From a virus: a stretch of 64,000 nt of DNA. Numbering within the stretch: position 1 is the stretch's first letter; each line of letters opens with the position of its first letter. Where the stretch lies: IMG/VR virus record IMGVR_UViG_3300045988_080614; one strand, written 5' to 3'. Made by a program: the position numbers and the translations under genes. The notes beneath the pieces were generated by a model. The model ran no database searches and was not told the origin of the DNA. It saw only the letters and a program-made list of their open reading frames with translations. This document shows, piece after piece, positions 20,020 to 28,918 of this stretch.

Positions 20020-21114
20020 TTATTCCATTTTATCTATCCAAGTTCTCAAATCATTAGAACTTTCAATATTTATTCCCATAGGAACTGTGGCTCCTGTAGA
20101 GAGATAATACCAAAGTTCTTTACCTACTTCCCAAGGTGCTTCAAGTTTAATTTGATTATTTTTACCAAGATATAATGTACCTTCTACAAAAGTAAAATCA
20201 CAATCCCATACAAGTGGAATCATATTAGACTTAGAAATTACTATATCTTTATAAGGTAAAATTGTGAAGTCTTTAAAGTATTCATCCTTTTCAATATTAA
20301 GTTTAAGAATTCTTGCATATAATCTACATTGATATGCATAATTCCACTCTATAAATGACTTATAGAAATTATATGTAGGTTTATATGATGTCTTTACATC
20401 TACAGGTTGAATAGTTTTATTCTTATAATCTACTCTAAGAATATCAAACATGCATCTATAAGGAACACCATCTATTTCTGCTTTAAACTTTAATTGATAA
20501 AGATTTTCACAATCATCAAAAGGATTATTCTTCTTAAAATATAATGCAGTTTGAGAACTTTCAATAAGAGCATTAGCCATCTGATGTGCTATATTATTAA
20601 GCTCTGTACTTATTAAGATTTTATCTTTAGCTAGGTACAATAAATTATAGTAATCAGATGCTCTTTCCTTAATTACTTTTGCTCTAGTTTCTGGTTTCCA
20701 ATTTAACTGAAATCCATTAATATTTGTAGAATCTATAATAAGATTATCTGGTATCTTATACAATGAATCATAAGTACTTGAATAACTATTAAATAAAGAT
20801 TTTACAATAGTTTCTACTTTATCAGTAATAGGAGGAAATTCTGCTACTAAATACCTTCTTTCATATTCTTCAGGAGGGTCAGTAGTTAAACAATCTACTA
20901 AAGAACCTAACAATAAAGAAGGACTTTCAACCTTATCAAACAATGTATCTAAATGTTCAAATCCTTCTCTCTTAAATTTAGATATAGTAGAATAACTAAG
21001 AGCTTTATCAGCTCTATAATTTTCCTCAGAAGTTATCCATGATATATCATAAAGACTCTTCTTTCCATTTCCATTTATATCCATAACAAGTTTTTCTTTT
21101 ATTATTACATACAT
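20020..21114 (-). CDS. PD-(D/E)XK (RecB/Cas4-like) nuclease
   Basis: FDILRVDYKNKTIQPVDVKTS (D...D-x-K) and YQCRLY (QxxxY). The track start at 21120 is TTG; ATGs occur at 21114 and 21084. Overlaps the HNH gene end. Confidence 0.55.
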   Translation of the reverse strand: MYVIIKEKLVMDINGNGKKSLYDISWITSEENYRADKALSYSTISKFKREGFEHLDTLFDKVESPSLLLGSLVDCLTTDPPEEYERRYLVAEFPPITDKVETIVKSLFNSYSSTYDSLYKIPDNLIIDSTNINGFQLNWKPETRAKVIKERASDYYNLLYLAKDKILISTELNNIAHQMANALIESSQTALYFKKNNPFDDCENLYQLKFKAEIDGVPYRCMFDILRVDYKNKTIQPVDVKTSYKPTYNFYKSFIEWNYAYQCRLYARILKLNIEKDEYFKDFTILPYKDIVISKSNMIPLVWDCDFTFVEGTLYLGKNNQIKLEAPWEVGKELWYYLSTGATVPMGINIESSNDLRTWIDKME

Positions 21115-21634
21115 CTCCAATATGTCCAGTCATAGCTGGTTTATAATTAAAGCCTAAAGAAATTAAAGCATCTTTACATGATGGAAATTCTGCAATTATT
21201 TTATTTGTTACAATATCTATTTGTAATACTGGTTTAAATCTTTTATAAATTGTATTTAAATTTTGACAATTTTTAGATTGTGTAACACATCTAAGATTGT
21301 TTATATTATTATTAGAAGTATTACCATCAATATGATCAATAACCATATTCTTAGGTATATTTCCTTTATATGTAATATAAACTAATCTATGAACTCTATA
21401 ATCTTTTTTAATTCCATTATGTGTTAAATTAACATACCAATATCTTTGCTTAAAGAACTGCTTCAAAATTCTTTCCTTATAACATCTTTGAGATTTATTA
21501 TCTGTTCCATAATGACTATTTAAAACAGATAAGTTTCCTTCTCTTATTTTAGGAAGGGCTTTAACAACTCCATTTCTACTTATAGCATAGTCTTCTAAGC
21601 CTGGAATAATTTTAAAATTTATATTCATTTCCAT
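21047..21634 (-). CDS. free-standing HNH homing endonuclease (NUMOD4 plus HNH_3 type)
   Basis: YAISRNGVV; HRLVYITYKGNIPKNMVIDHIDGNTSNNNINNLRCVTQSKN. Confidence 0.85.
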   Translation of the reverse strand: MEMNINFKIIPGLEDYAISRNGVVKALPKIREGNLSVLNSHYGTDNKSQRCYKERILKQFFKQRYWYVNLTHNGIKKDYRVHRLVYITYKGNIPKNMVIDHIDGNTSNNNINNLRCVTQSKNCQNLNTIYKRFKPVLQIDIVTNKIIAEFPSCKDALISLGFNYKPAMTGHIGDVCNNKRKTCYGYKWKWKEESL

Positions 21635-21636
21635 TT

Positions 21637-22140
21637 TTAAGACTTTTCAGCATATTCTTTAAATATTTCTATAGCTTGTAAAAGCTGTTTTTTACTATAA
21701 ACTTCAAAATAAATACTCTTTTGTTCTGTAGCAGTAAGAATATTATCAAGGTATTTCCTAAATAGTTTTCTTTTATATGGGAAAACTTCATTTGAGAATC
21801 CCTTACATTCTATCCATACATCTATATCTTTATACTTAAGATATATGTCAGGTAAATATGTAATAGGCTGTATAAGTCCATCACATAATCTAAGTAATTT
21901 AGGTGAAGGTTTACCTGACTCTTTTACTCTCTTTTCATGTTGAGAATCTGTTTCTTTATCATAAAAAGGAGTAATAGGTTTAAATGAAGGAAATACTACA
22001 TGTTTCTTAGGTTCATATAGAGGATTAAAACCTGCCTCAATTAATGTATTGAAACAGGTTTTTTCCAATATACTTTTAAAGGTAATATTACCTTGTTTAT
22101 TTACAGTAGCATTCCTAATCTTCTTATTGACATTTGCCAC
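21637..22140 (-). CDS. T7 endonuclease I-like Holliday junction resolvase
   Basis: PDIYLKYKDIDVWIECKG (PD...E-x-K). Only a GTG start is available. Confidence 0.55.
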   Translation of the reverse strand: MANVNKKIRNATVNKQGNITFKSILEKTCFNTLIEAGFNPLYEPKKHVVFPSFKPITPFYDKETDSQHEKRVKESGKPSPKLLRLCDGLIQPITYLPDIYLKYKDIDVWIECKGFSNEVFPYKRKLFRKYLDNILTATEQKSIYFEVYSKKQLLQAIEIFKEYAEKS

Positions 22141-22444
22141 TAATAATACCAGTTAAAATATTAAGAAACTCCTTAAATTCTTCCTTATTATTAAGATTAA
22201 TTACCTTAACATTAGGTTCTTTTGGCATAGGACCTCTTTTACCATGTGTTCTATATATACTCTTCTGTACAGGAACAACTACTTTAGCTTCAATAGAATC
22301 TCTTTTAATCAAATCGTCAATAGTAGCTTCATCTACAGAACTATTACATTCAAATTGTACACCATTACTACAAGTAATAATCTGAGTAATCTTATCTCCT
22401 AACTTAATCTCCTGATTAGTACCTTTAAAATAATACTTTTTCAT
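22124..22444 (-). CDS. hypothetical protein
   Basis: 106-aa ORF with an ATGA overlap to the UDG gene. Confidence 0.5.
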   Translation of the reverse strand: MKKYYFKGTNQEIKLGDKITQIITCSNGVQFECNSSVDEATIDDLIKRDSIEAKVVVPVQKSIYRTHGKRGPMPKEPNVKVINLNNKEEFKEFLNILTGIISGKCQ

Positions 22445-23094
22445 CTTTTAAATTTTATTTTATTGTTTAAATGATTATTTATTTCATCCCACAAATTATA
22501 TCTAAGTTTCTTATGATTCCTAGCATAATATGAAGGATGTTTTTCTTTAATTACATAATTATATTGAGAGATATAAGGTTCAAAAGTTTTAGCTTCTTCA
22601 CCAAATAATACATATACACAAGCAGTCATATATCTAGACATATTATATATTAGTTTAGATATAAAAGGTCTCCATAGTCCTAAATGAGAACTAGGGAGAC
22701 CTACCTTACATGTTAATGCACAATTCAACATTAATACTCCTTGCTTCTCCCAATCTTCAAAACTGGGGTCAAAGATACTACTATTTTGTGGAATTTCATA
22801 ATTGATAACTGATTCTTTTATAACTTGTAAGGATGGTGATAAATCTTTATCAAGTGTTTTTATATTGTTACCAAAAGCAATTCCAGTAGCCTTACCTAAT
22901 TGTGGATAAGGACTTAAACCTAATATAACTACCTTTAATTCAGATAATTTACAAGCTTTAAAACAATTAAAGATGTCATTATAATTAGGACATAAATTAA
23001 CAGTATTGCTAGAATTAAGTGTATTAATTGTCTCATATAATATTTTCTTATCTATTACTTTTAACCAATCTCCAAAATATTCCTCTAAAGACAT
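22441..23094 (-). CDS. uracil-DNA glycosylase-like protein
   Basis: VVILGLSPYPQ (compare GQDPYH) and a late HPSYYA (compare HPSPLS). Confidence 0.6.
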   Translation of the reverse strand: MSLEEYFGDWLKVIDKKILYETINTLNSSNTVNLCPNYNDIFNCFKACKLSELKVVILGLSPYPQLGKATGIAFGNNIKTLDKDLSPSLQVIKESVINYEIPQNSSIFDPSFEDWEKQGVLMLNCALTCKVGLPSSHLGLWRPFISKLIYNMSRYMTACVYVLFGEEAKTFEPYISQYNYVIKEKHPSYYARNHKKLRYNLWDEINNHLNNKIKFKR

Positions 23095-23753
23095 AATTTA
23101 TCTATATTATCTACAAGAAGCTGTTGTATTTCCTCATTAACATTAATATTGGTAGGAGCCTTAACATGTCTTATAAACTTATCAATATCATTATTAATGA
23201 TAACTGTCATAGTAGTAAAACCACTTATTATAGAAAAATATCTAGAAACAGTACTACAATATTCAATAAGATACTTTTGAATACCTTTACATACAACATT
23301 ATCACTATTGAAAACTTTAGGACTTACTCTAAGTATAAGCTCTGTGGTAGCTGATGTTCTTCTAGGAGGTCTAATAGTAGATAATACTAATGGTTCTAAA
23401 TTACTATTAAGTATTAAACCTCTCATTCCATAATAAAGATTACCATCTTTATCTCGAATTTTATTTAATTCTCCTGCTTCTCTAATTAAACTTAACTCTT
23501 TTAAAAGAGGACCAAAAGTTTTTCTTTCATTTATACTAGTAGAAGAAGAAGTAAATAGTGGAATTATTCCTCTCAAAGATAAAGAATTATAAATAGGAAT
23601 CTCTGTAACCTCACCATTAAATATATGATTTGTCATATATATAGAGAATTGGTTATTCTCTGTTCCTAATAAAGGTATATTTGTTGAACGGAGAGAGGCT
23701 GACGTAACACCAAGAAAGATATTTATATTATTTTTAATATTTTCACTTATCAT
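23085..23753 (-). CDS. hypothetical protein, last gene of the E1/JAB neighbourhood
   Basis: 222-aa ORF with a TAATG overlap to the E1-like gene. Confidence 0.55.
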   Translation of the reverse strand: MISENIKNNINIFLGVTSASLRSTNIPLLGTENNQFSIYMTNHIFNGEVTEIPIYNSLSLRGIIPLFTSSSTSINERKTFGPLLKELSLIREAGELNKIRDKDGNLYYGMRGLILNSNLEPLVLSTIRPPRRTSATTELILRVSPKVFNSDNVVCKGIQKYLIEYCSTVSRYFSIISGFTTMTVIINNDIDKFIRHVKAPTNINVNEEIQQLLVDNIDKLCL

Positions 23754-24703
23754 TAATCTTCTTCTTTTAAGTACATCATATTACAATCATATTCTATAAA
23801 GAAAGGTAATTGCTTTATCATAGGAACAATTTCATTAGCACAGAAATTAACTACATTATTTACAATAAAAGAAGCTATCATACAAGCCATAAAAGTAGTT
23901 TGTTTTAAACTACATACAGTTTCATCTGCTTCTTCATCAGAAAATAAGAATTCTTTTTCATATCTATCCTGATTATATGTATCTGTACCTACAATAGTGA
24001 GTATTTGTAAAGTATCAAATGACAATCTGGCATCAATATATAGACATTTAGATTTATCTTTCTGTAATTCTACATGTTTTCTCCAGTTATTAAAGAATAC
24101 CTTTCTAGCTTCCATATTATCAAAACCACAAATCATAATATCAGAAGTAAAACTATTCCTAGTATATAATTCTCGCATAGCAAATATATCAGTATATTTA
24201 CTATAATAGCTAACAGTTTCTGCTATGGCATCCACTTTATATTTATCTATATCCTTGATACCAAACATTTGTCCAGCAAGATTAACTTCCTCAACTTTAT
24301 CATTATCAAAGATATAGATACTCTTAGGATGTATTCTAGCTAATTGAAATATAGCATTTGAAGAAATACCTCCTGCACCTCCTACAATAATAACTTTCTC
24401 TTTAATTTTATTAAACCATTCTGCTCCTGAAAATCTAGCAGTTTCATCATGATAATCTTCACTTATAGGAGGAATTTCCTGATGTTGATTTTTAATAACT
24501 TCATTCAAAAAAGCTTCATCTTCTTCTGATAATATAGATTCTGATTCTTCTTCTACTACTTCTTCAGGTCCTAATATTGATGTTGTTTCTCTGTCGGTTA
24601 TCTCTAAAGGAGCAATAGCAACTTCTGGAACATTAACTGTAGTATTTACTATTTGTTCCATATTAACCTCCAAAGGTGGAGTTATAGTTGATTCTTCATT
24701 CAT
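23753..24703 (-). CDS. ThiF/MoeB/E1-like adenylyltransferase
   Basis: VIIVGGAGGISSNAIFQLARI...IYIFDNDKVEEVNLAGQMF...YKVDAI...ICGFDNMEARK. Acidic N-terminal extension of about 90 aa. Confidence 0.8.
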   Translation of the reverse strand: MNEESTITPPLEVNMEQIVNTTVNVPEVAIAPLEITDRETTSILGPEEVVEEESESILSEEDEAFLNEVIKNQHQEIPPISEDYHDETARFSGAEWFNKIKEKVIIVGGAGGISSNAIFQLARIHPKSIYIFDNDKVEEVNLAGQMFGIKDIDKYKVDAIAETVSYYSKYTDIFAMRELYTRNSFTSDIMICGFDNMEARKVFFNNWRKHVELQKDKSKCLYIDARLSFDTLQILTIVGTDTYNQDRYEKEFLFSDEEADETVCSLKQTTFMACMIASFIVNNVVNFCANEIVPMIKQLPFFIEYDCNMMYLKEED

Positions 24704-24707
24704 AATT

Positions 24708-25550
24708 TTAAATAATAAAACGTTCTACTTCATCCTCTATAACTTCAATAAAGGAATTAGTTTTAAATGTATGTAATTTCTGTAATACACCATAAGCACA
24801 TATAGCCATTTGTGAATCTTCAAGATAACCTTCTTCTGCTAAATTATCATCAAAGGCTTCTGTTACAAGAAATTCTACAAAATAACCAATAAAAGCTCTA
24901 TAATTTGCTAAACCTTTTTGTCCCTCTCCAAATCTTTTAGAAAATACTGTAGGCATTTTTTGAACCCATTCATTGAGGTCTTTTGGAGTAAAAATAGGAC
25001 TACCTATAAGTAATTGTTTAACAATATTATTTAAGTCTGTTTCATTAAATTTATACTTATTATAATCAATAGATTCATCTGTATCTACTCCTGTTTGAAC
25101 AGCAGTATTAGTCTTAGAGAAAGGTATATTTGCTTCCTTATATAAAGGTGTTGCCTTTAAAGTAGGTTCAACAATAAGATTAGTACGAGGCTCTCTACTA
25201 ATATTTGTATTTTTAATCTTATCCTTACTAATTTCTTCAATTCTACTAAATAGGTCTGTATAACCAATATTTACAGTAGGCTTTTCAATATTCAAGAAGA
25301 AATATTCTATTTCATAAGATTCTATAGCATCATATTCATCATTACCTATATTAATAGTTTCTTCACCAAAGAACTCATATTCAAGTACTTCTGTTACATG
25401 AGGAATATGTTTAACTTTTCTTGTAATTGCCGCAGTATATTGACCGGCATTATTAACAATCAAAGATAAGAAATTATTCATATCAGAACCTTCTTCTTGA
25501 AGAGTTCCAAGGTCAGTTCCACTGAAAAACGTTGACATCTGGTCATGTGA
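24708..25550 (-). CDS. JAB/MPN (JAMM) metallopeptidase, exon 2
   Basis: The frame extends upstream of the track ATG to SHDQMSTFFSGTD. Joined to exon 1 this gives HSHDQMSTFFSGTD (HxHx7Sx2D). Confidence 0.8.
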   Translation of the reverse strand, partial: SHDQMSTFFSGTDLGTLQEEGSDMNNFLSLIVNNAGQYTAAITRKVKHIPHVTEVLEYEFFGEETINIGNDEYDAIESYEIEYFFLNIEKPTVNIGYTDLFSRIEEISKDKIKNTNISREPRTNLIVEPTLKATPLYKEANIPFSKTNTAVQTGVDTDESIDYNKYKFNETDLNNIVKQLLIGSPIFTPKDLNEWVQKMPTVFSKRFGEGQKGLANYRAFIGYFVEFLVTEAFDDNLAEEGYLEDSQMAICAYGVLQKLHTFKTNSFIEVIEDEVERFII

Positions 25551-25615
25551 CTTAATGTTATCCTTACAGCTCTTTATCTGTAAGTTCTTGTTTTTATAAT
25601 AAAAATAGTTAATTA

Positions 25616-25647
25616 TTTGCTTATTTAAAATCTAATTTGTACCTTTG
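25616..25647 (+). promoter_or_regulatory. Bacteroidota-type promoter for the LAGLIDADG gene (antisense to the intron)
   Basis: TTTG (25616-25619)-N20-TACCTTTG (25640-25647), 11 nt before the ATG at 25659. Confidence 0.5.
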
Positions 25648-25658
25648 CACATAATAAA

Positions 25659-26549
25659 ATGATTTATATTATGGGAAAATTAAAATTAGAAAATAAAAAA
25701 GATTTAATTTTATCTCTTTATAAAGAAGGTAAAACTCCAATAGAAATATCTAAAATATTAGGTACTTATTTACAGCCTATAACTAATTTATTAAAAGCTT
25801 ATATACCTAATATTAAATTTACTCCTAATAAGGGGAATGTTCATTATTTTCATACTATAGATAGTTATGCAAAAGCTTATATTGTAGGTTTTATAGCTGC
25901 TGATGGAGCTTTAGTAAAACCTAAACATGGTAATGATGCTTTAACTATAACAATTAAATATGAAGATAAGTCTGTTTTAGATTTTATAAAATCTGAAATA
26001 GGTAATGAACATAAAATTCAAGAAATAATTCGACCTTCTAGTTTTGATAAAACTAAAATAATTCATCATGCTAGATACTGTATAACAGATAAAAATATAG
26101 CAGATGATTTACATAAATTAGGTATAGATAATAATAAAAGTTTAACTATGGGAAATATTATAGAAAATATTCCATATAAATATAGAGATGCTTTTATTAT
26201 AGGATATTTTGATGGAGATGGTTCTGTAACTATTAGAAACAGATTATATTCTAATGATAGAAATTTTTTATGTAAGGATTTCTCTCTATATGTACAAATT
26301 AGAGGGACTATTAAATTTCTATCTGGAATATGTAATCATTTAAAAATAACTACTTCTCATATACATCAAATTGATTCTATACCACAATTAAGTTTTGCAA
26401 ATAAAAAAGATACTTATAGATTCTTTCAATGCTATAAAAATCTTCCATTTTATTATAAAAGAAAGTATGATAAATTCTTACAAAGAATAAATCATCCTTC
26501 TTATGACAAATATAAACAAGTTCAGACTATATCATCATCTATAGAATAA
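25659..26549 (+). CDS. double-motif LAGLIDADG homing endonuclease
   Basis: YIVGFIAADGAL and FIIGYFDGDGSV. Encoded on the strand opposite the host gene and intron. Confidence 0.9.
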   Translation: MIYIMGKLKLENKKDLILSLYKEGKTPIEISKILGTYLQPITNLLKAYIPNIKFTPNKGNVHYFHTIDSYAKAYIVGFIAADGALVKPKHGNDALTITIKYEDKSVLDFIKSEIGNEHKIQEIIRPSSFDKTKIIHHARYCITDKNIADDLHKLGIDNNKSLTMGNIIENIPYKYRDAFIIGYFDGDGSVTIRNRLYSNDRNFLCKDFSLYVQIRGTIKFLSGICNHLKITTSHIHQIDSIPQLSFANKKDTYRFFQCYKNLPFYYKRKYDKFLQRINHPSYDKYKQVQTISSSIE

Positions 26550-26716
26550 TCTATAGAGTTGGGCACTCGTGTCACTATTATATTCTGCGTGATTAGCAGT
26601 TTCAAGTGTTAGTCGTTGAACCTTCAAAGAGGTTTTAACCTCTAAGCTTGGCTGCTGATTGTGGCTTGTCAACCAGTTTCCAGCAATTCACCCAATTTTA
26701 TATGCACTCACAGTTA

Positions 26717-27010
26717 ATGCATTAAGCCTTGCTGACATTCTAATAAGTCATGTTCTATCATATAATTACAGATTTCTGCACTCTTATCAAACTCAGTATA
26801 AGTAGCAGAACCATAATCCATAAGACAGAAATCTTTAGCAGTTAATACTAAAGAATTATCTTCAAATCTACCAGTATAATCATAGAATAATACTCCACTA
26901 TATTCATTATTAGGAAATCTAGCACACAAGAATCTAATCTTTTCTTCTAGTTCTGGAGTAATAATTAACTTATATGTATTATCTTGTTTCTTTAATATAT
27001 TTTTGTCCAT
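26717..27010 (-). CDS. JAB/MPN metallopeptidase, exon 1
   Basis: Contains the upstream JAMM Glu context NNEYSGVLFY. Ends ...ECQQGLMH at the splice site (98 codons). Confidence 0.8.
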
Positions 27011-28094
27011 AATTATAATTTATAAATTCTAATATATTCCGTATTGCCACATTAATATATTTTACATTAAGAATATATACAGGTTCAATAGTAGTATCAG
27101 TATCTATAATCCTCATTTTAACAGGTATATTCTTAAATGTAAATAAGACATCAGTACTAGGACTACAAGAACTGTGTCTATTACTATCTTCTTCAGTAAA
27201 ACATCCTTTATAAAAGACTGCTTTTATAAGAATTTTAGCTCTTACTAACTCATTTAAATCTGTAGAAAGTTCTTTATTATTAAATCTTTTATTATAAATT
27301 GCTATAAACTCATTGCTTATTAATCTAATTAAAGAAGCATCATTATCAGCAAAACTATAAGTATTATTTACATATTTAAAAGTAAATACTTTTCTATTTA
27401 TAAGATTACGTATGGCTTCTTTTATAATAAATGAAATTTCTGAAGAGGTTCTACAACTAGTATCTGAAAAAATTATTTCTTTATTACTATTATTTCTACC
27501 AATATATTCCATTCTGTAATAAGGAACTCCTGCTATAGATTCTACTGTAACATATCTAGCTAATTCCACACAGAATAATCTCCATATATTTTCATTATTT
27601 TCATCTCTAAGAATAGTACAAGTTGTTCCAATAGGACCTCCTCCTAAACAAGGTCTCTGAAAATAAGCTTTACCATGACTTAAAGAACCTGAAGGTAAAT
27701 GGGAATGTGTATAATTACTTTCATATAAAACTTTAGTGAAAGTAGTAACAATCATTTCAAATCTTTTAGCTTGTTTTCCTGCATAATCAAGTGGTACTTT
27801 AACATATAAGTCATGAATATCTACACTATTATCTTTTTCATTAGTAATAGTTACATTAGGAAAATGAACTAATATAATATATGAAAATTCACATAATGGA
27901 AGTAAAGGAGAATTTAAAGTATCTTCCAAGTTTTCACCTTCTGCTATTAAAGTTTCTACAGCATCTTTAAAATCTTTATCTACTTGAAAGTCTACTTTAG
28001 TTTCACCAAAGAAACTTTTAAATATTTCATATACTTTAAGAGCTTCTTCTGTAGGAGTATAATATTTATTTCTTATCTGTTCTTTTATATCCAT
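26979..28094 (-). CDS. hypothetical protein (candidate E2/UBC-like partner; unverified)
   Basis: The track start at 28118 is TTG; the ATG at 28094 gives MDIKEQIRNKYY... Beta-rich core followed by THSHLPSGSLSHGKAYFQRPCLGGGP. Overlaps the JAB start by 32 nt. Confidence 0.6.
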   Translation of the reverse strand: MDIKEQIRNKYYTPTEEALKVYEIFKSFFGETKVDFQVDKDFKDAVETLIAEGENLEDTLNSPLLPLCEFSYIILVHFPNVTITNEKDNSVDIHDLYVKVPLDYAGKQAKRFEMIVTTFTKVLYESNYTHSHLPSGSLSHGKAYFQRPCLGGGPIGTTCTILRDENNENIWRLFCVELARYVTVESIAGVPYYRMEYIGRNNSNKEIIFSDTSCRTSSEISFIIKEAIRNLINRKVFTFKYVNNTYSFADNDASLIRLISNEFIAIYNKRFNNKELSTDLNELVRAKILIKAVFYKGCFTEEDSNRHSSCSPSTDVLFTFKNIPVKMRIIDTDTTIEPVYILNVKYINVAIRNILEFINYNYGQKYIKETR

Positions 28095-28158
28095 AAGTAA
28101 TAAAAAAGAAGGGAGCAAATATATTACTATACTTACTCCCTATTAGATTTTTTATAAA

Positions 28159-28872
28159 TTACATGTTTTTAAACATATCATTAAGTTCATTTGATGAATA
28201 TGGAGAATCTGATTCCTCTTCCTTTGAAGCATTTGAAGTATCTGAAGTGACATTACCAATAATAGCAATATTATCAATATCAATATCATCAGAATAATCC
28301 ATACCTGCATTCTCCATTTCTTTCAAAAGACTTTCAATAACTTTCCTAAGTTCTGCTTTAGTAACATAGCTACTAAGGTCAGTAGTCTTCATAGCAGGCT
28401 TATTAGGAACTTCCTTCTTTGCAGGAGCTGCTTTAGCTGTAGAAGCTGAAGCATCTGCTATTGCAGGAGCTGCTTCTTTGTTAAGAATCTTCTGCAAATC
28501 TTCTGTCTTACAGTTAGTATAATTCTTACCATAAGTCTTCTTAACTACTTCTGTAAGGTTCTTAACCTTAATCTCCTCAATGATAGCCTTTCTATCAAGC
28601 TTTGCTCCACTTCTAATCTTCTTTGAAGCATTAGTAATCATAAATACCAAGTTATTAGTAGTAGTTCCCTTATAAGGAACATCATGTGGAAGGATAGCAG
28701 CATCATTCTTCAATTCAATCTTAGTAAGACCCTCAAAGAATGTACAATCAGTATAATCAATACCTGCCTTAGTAAGGTCTGCTTTGAGTTCTGCCAATGT
28801 TGTTGCTGCACTTTCAATAACTTGTGTCTTGTGAGTCTTTGTAGGAATCACTGTAATCTTTCTTTTTTCCAT
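28159..28872 (-). CDS. hypothetical protein with a possible N-terminal beta-grasp-like module and an Ala-rich linker
   Basis: KITVIPTKTHKTQVIESAATTLAELKADLTKAGIDYTDCTFFEG...NLVFMITNASKKIRSG, then a SAP-like KTEDLQKILNK segment, an AAPAIADASASTAKAAPAKK linker and an acidic tail. Confidence 0.55.
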   Translation of the reverse strand: MEKRKITVIPTKTHKTQVIESAATTLAELKADLTKAGIDYTDCTFFEGLTKIELKNDAAILPHDVPYKGTTTNNLVFMITNASKKIRSGAKLDRKAIIEEIKVKNLTEVVKKTYGKNYTNCKTEDLQKILNKEAAPAIADASASTAKAAPAKKEVPNKPAMKTTDLSSYVTKAELRKVIESLLKEMENAGMDYSDDIDIDNIAIIGNVTSDTSNASKEEESDSPYSSNELNDMFKNM

Positions 28873-28918
28873 TTTTCTTTAAATTTTAATATATTAAACT
28901 TTAATTATTTGTGTTATT

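Larger units (their letters stand above)
25551..26716 (-). mobile_element. group I intron splitting the JAMM motif
   Basis: Exon 1 ends ..atgcaT and the intron ends ..cattaaG. Phase-0 junction. P (26676-26690), Q (26650-26660), R (26610-26621) and S (26522-26533) elements are near-identical to those of the nrdD intron. Confidence 0.8.
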
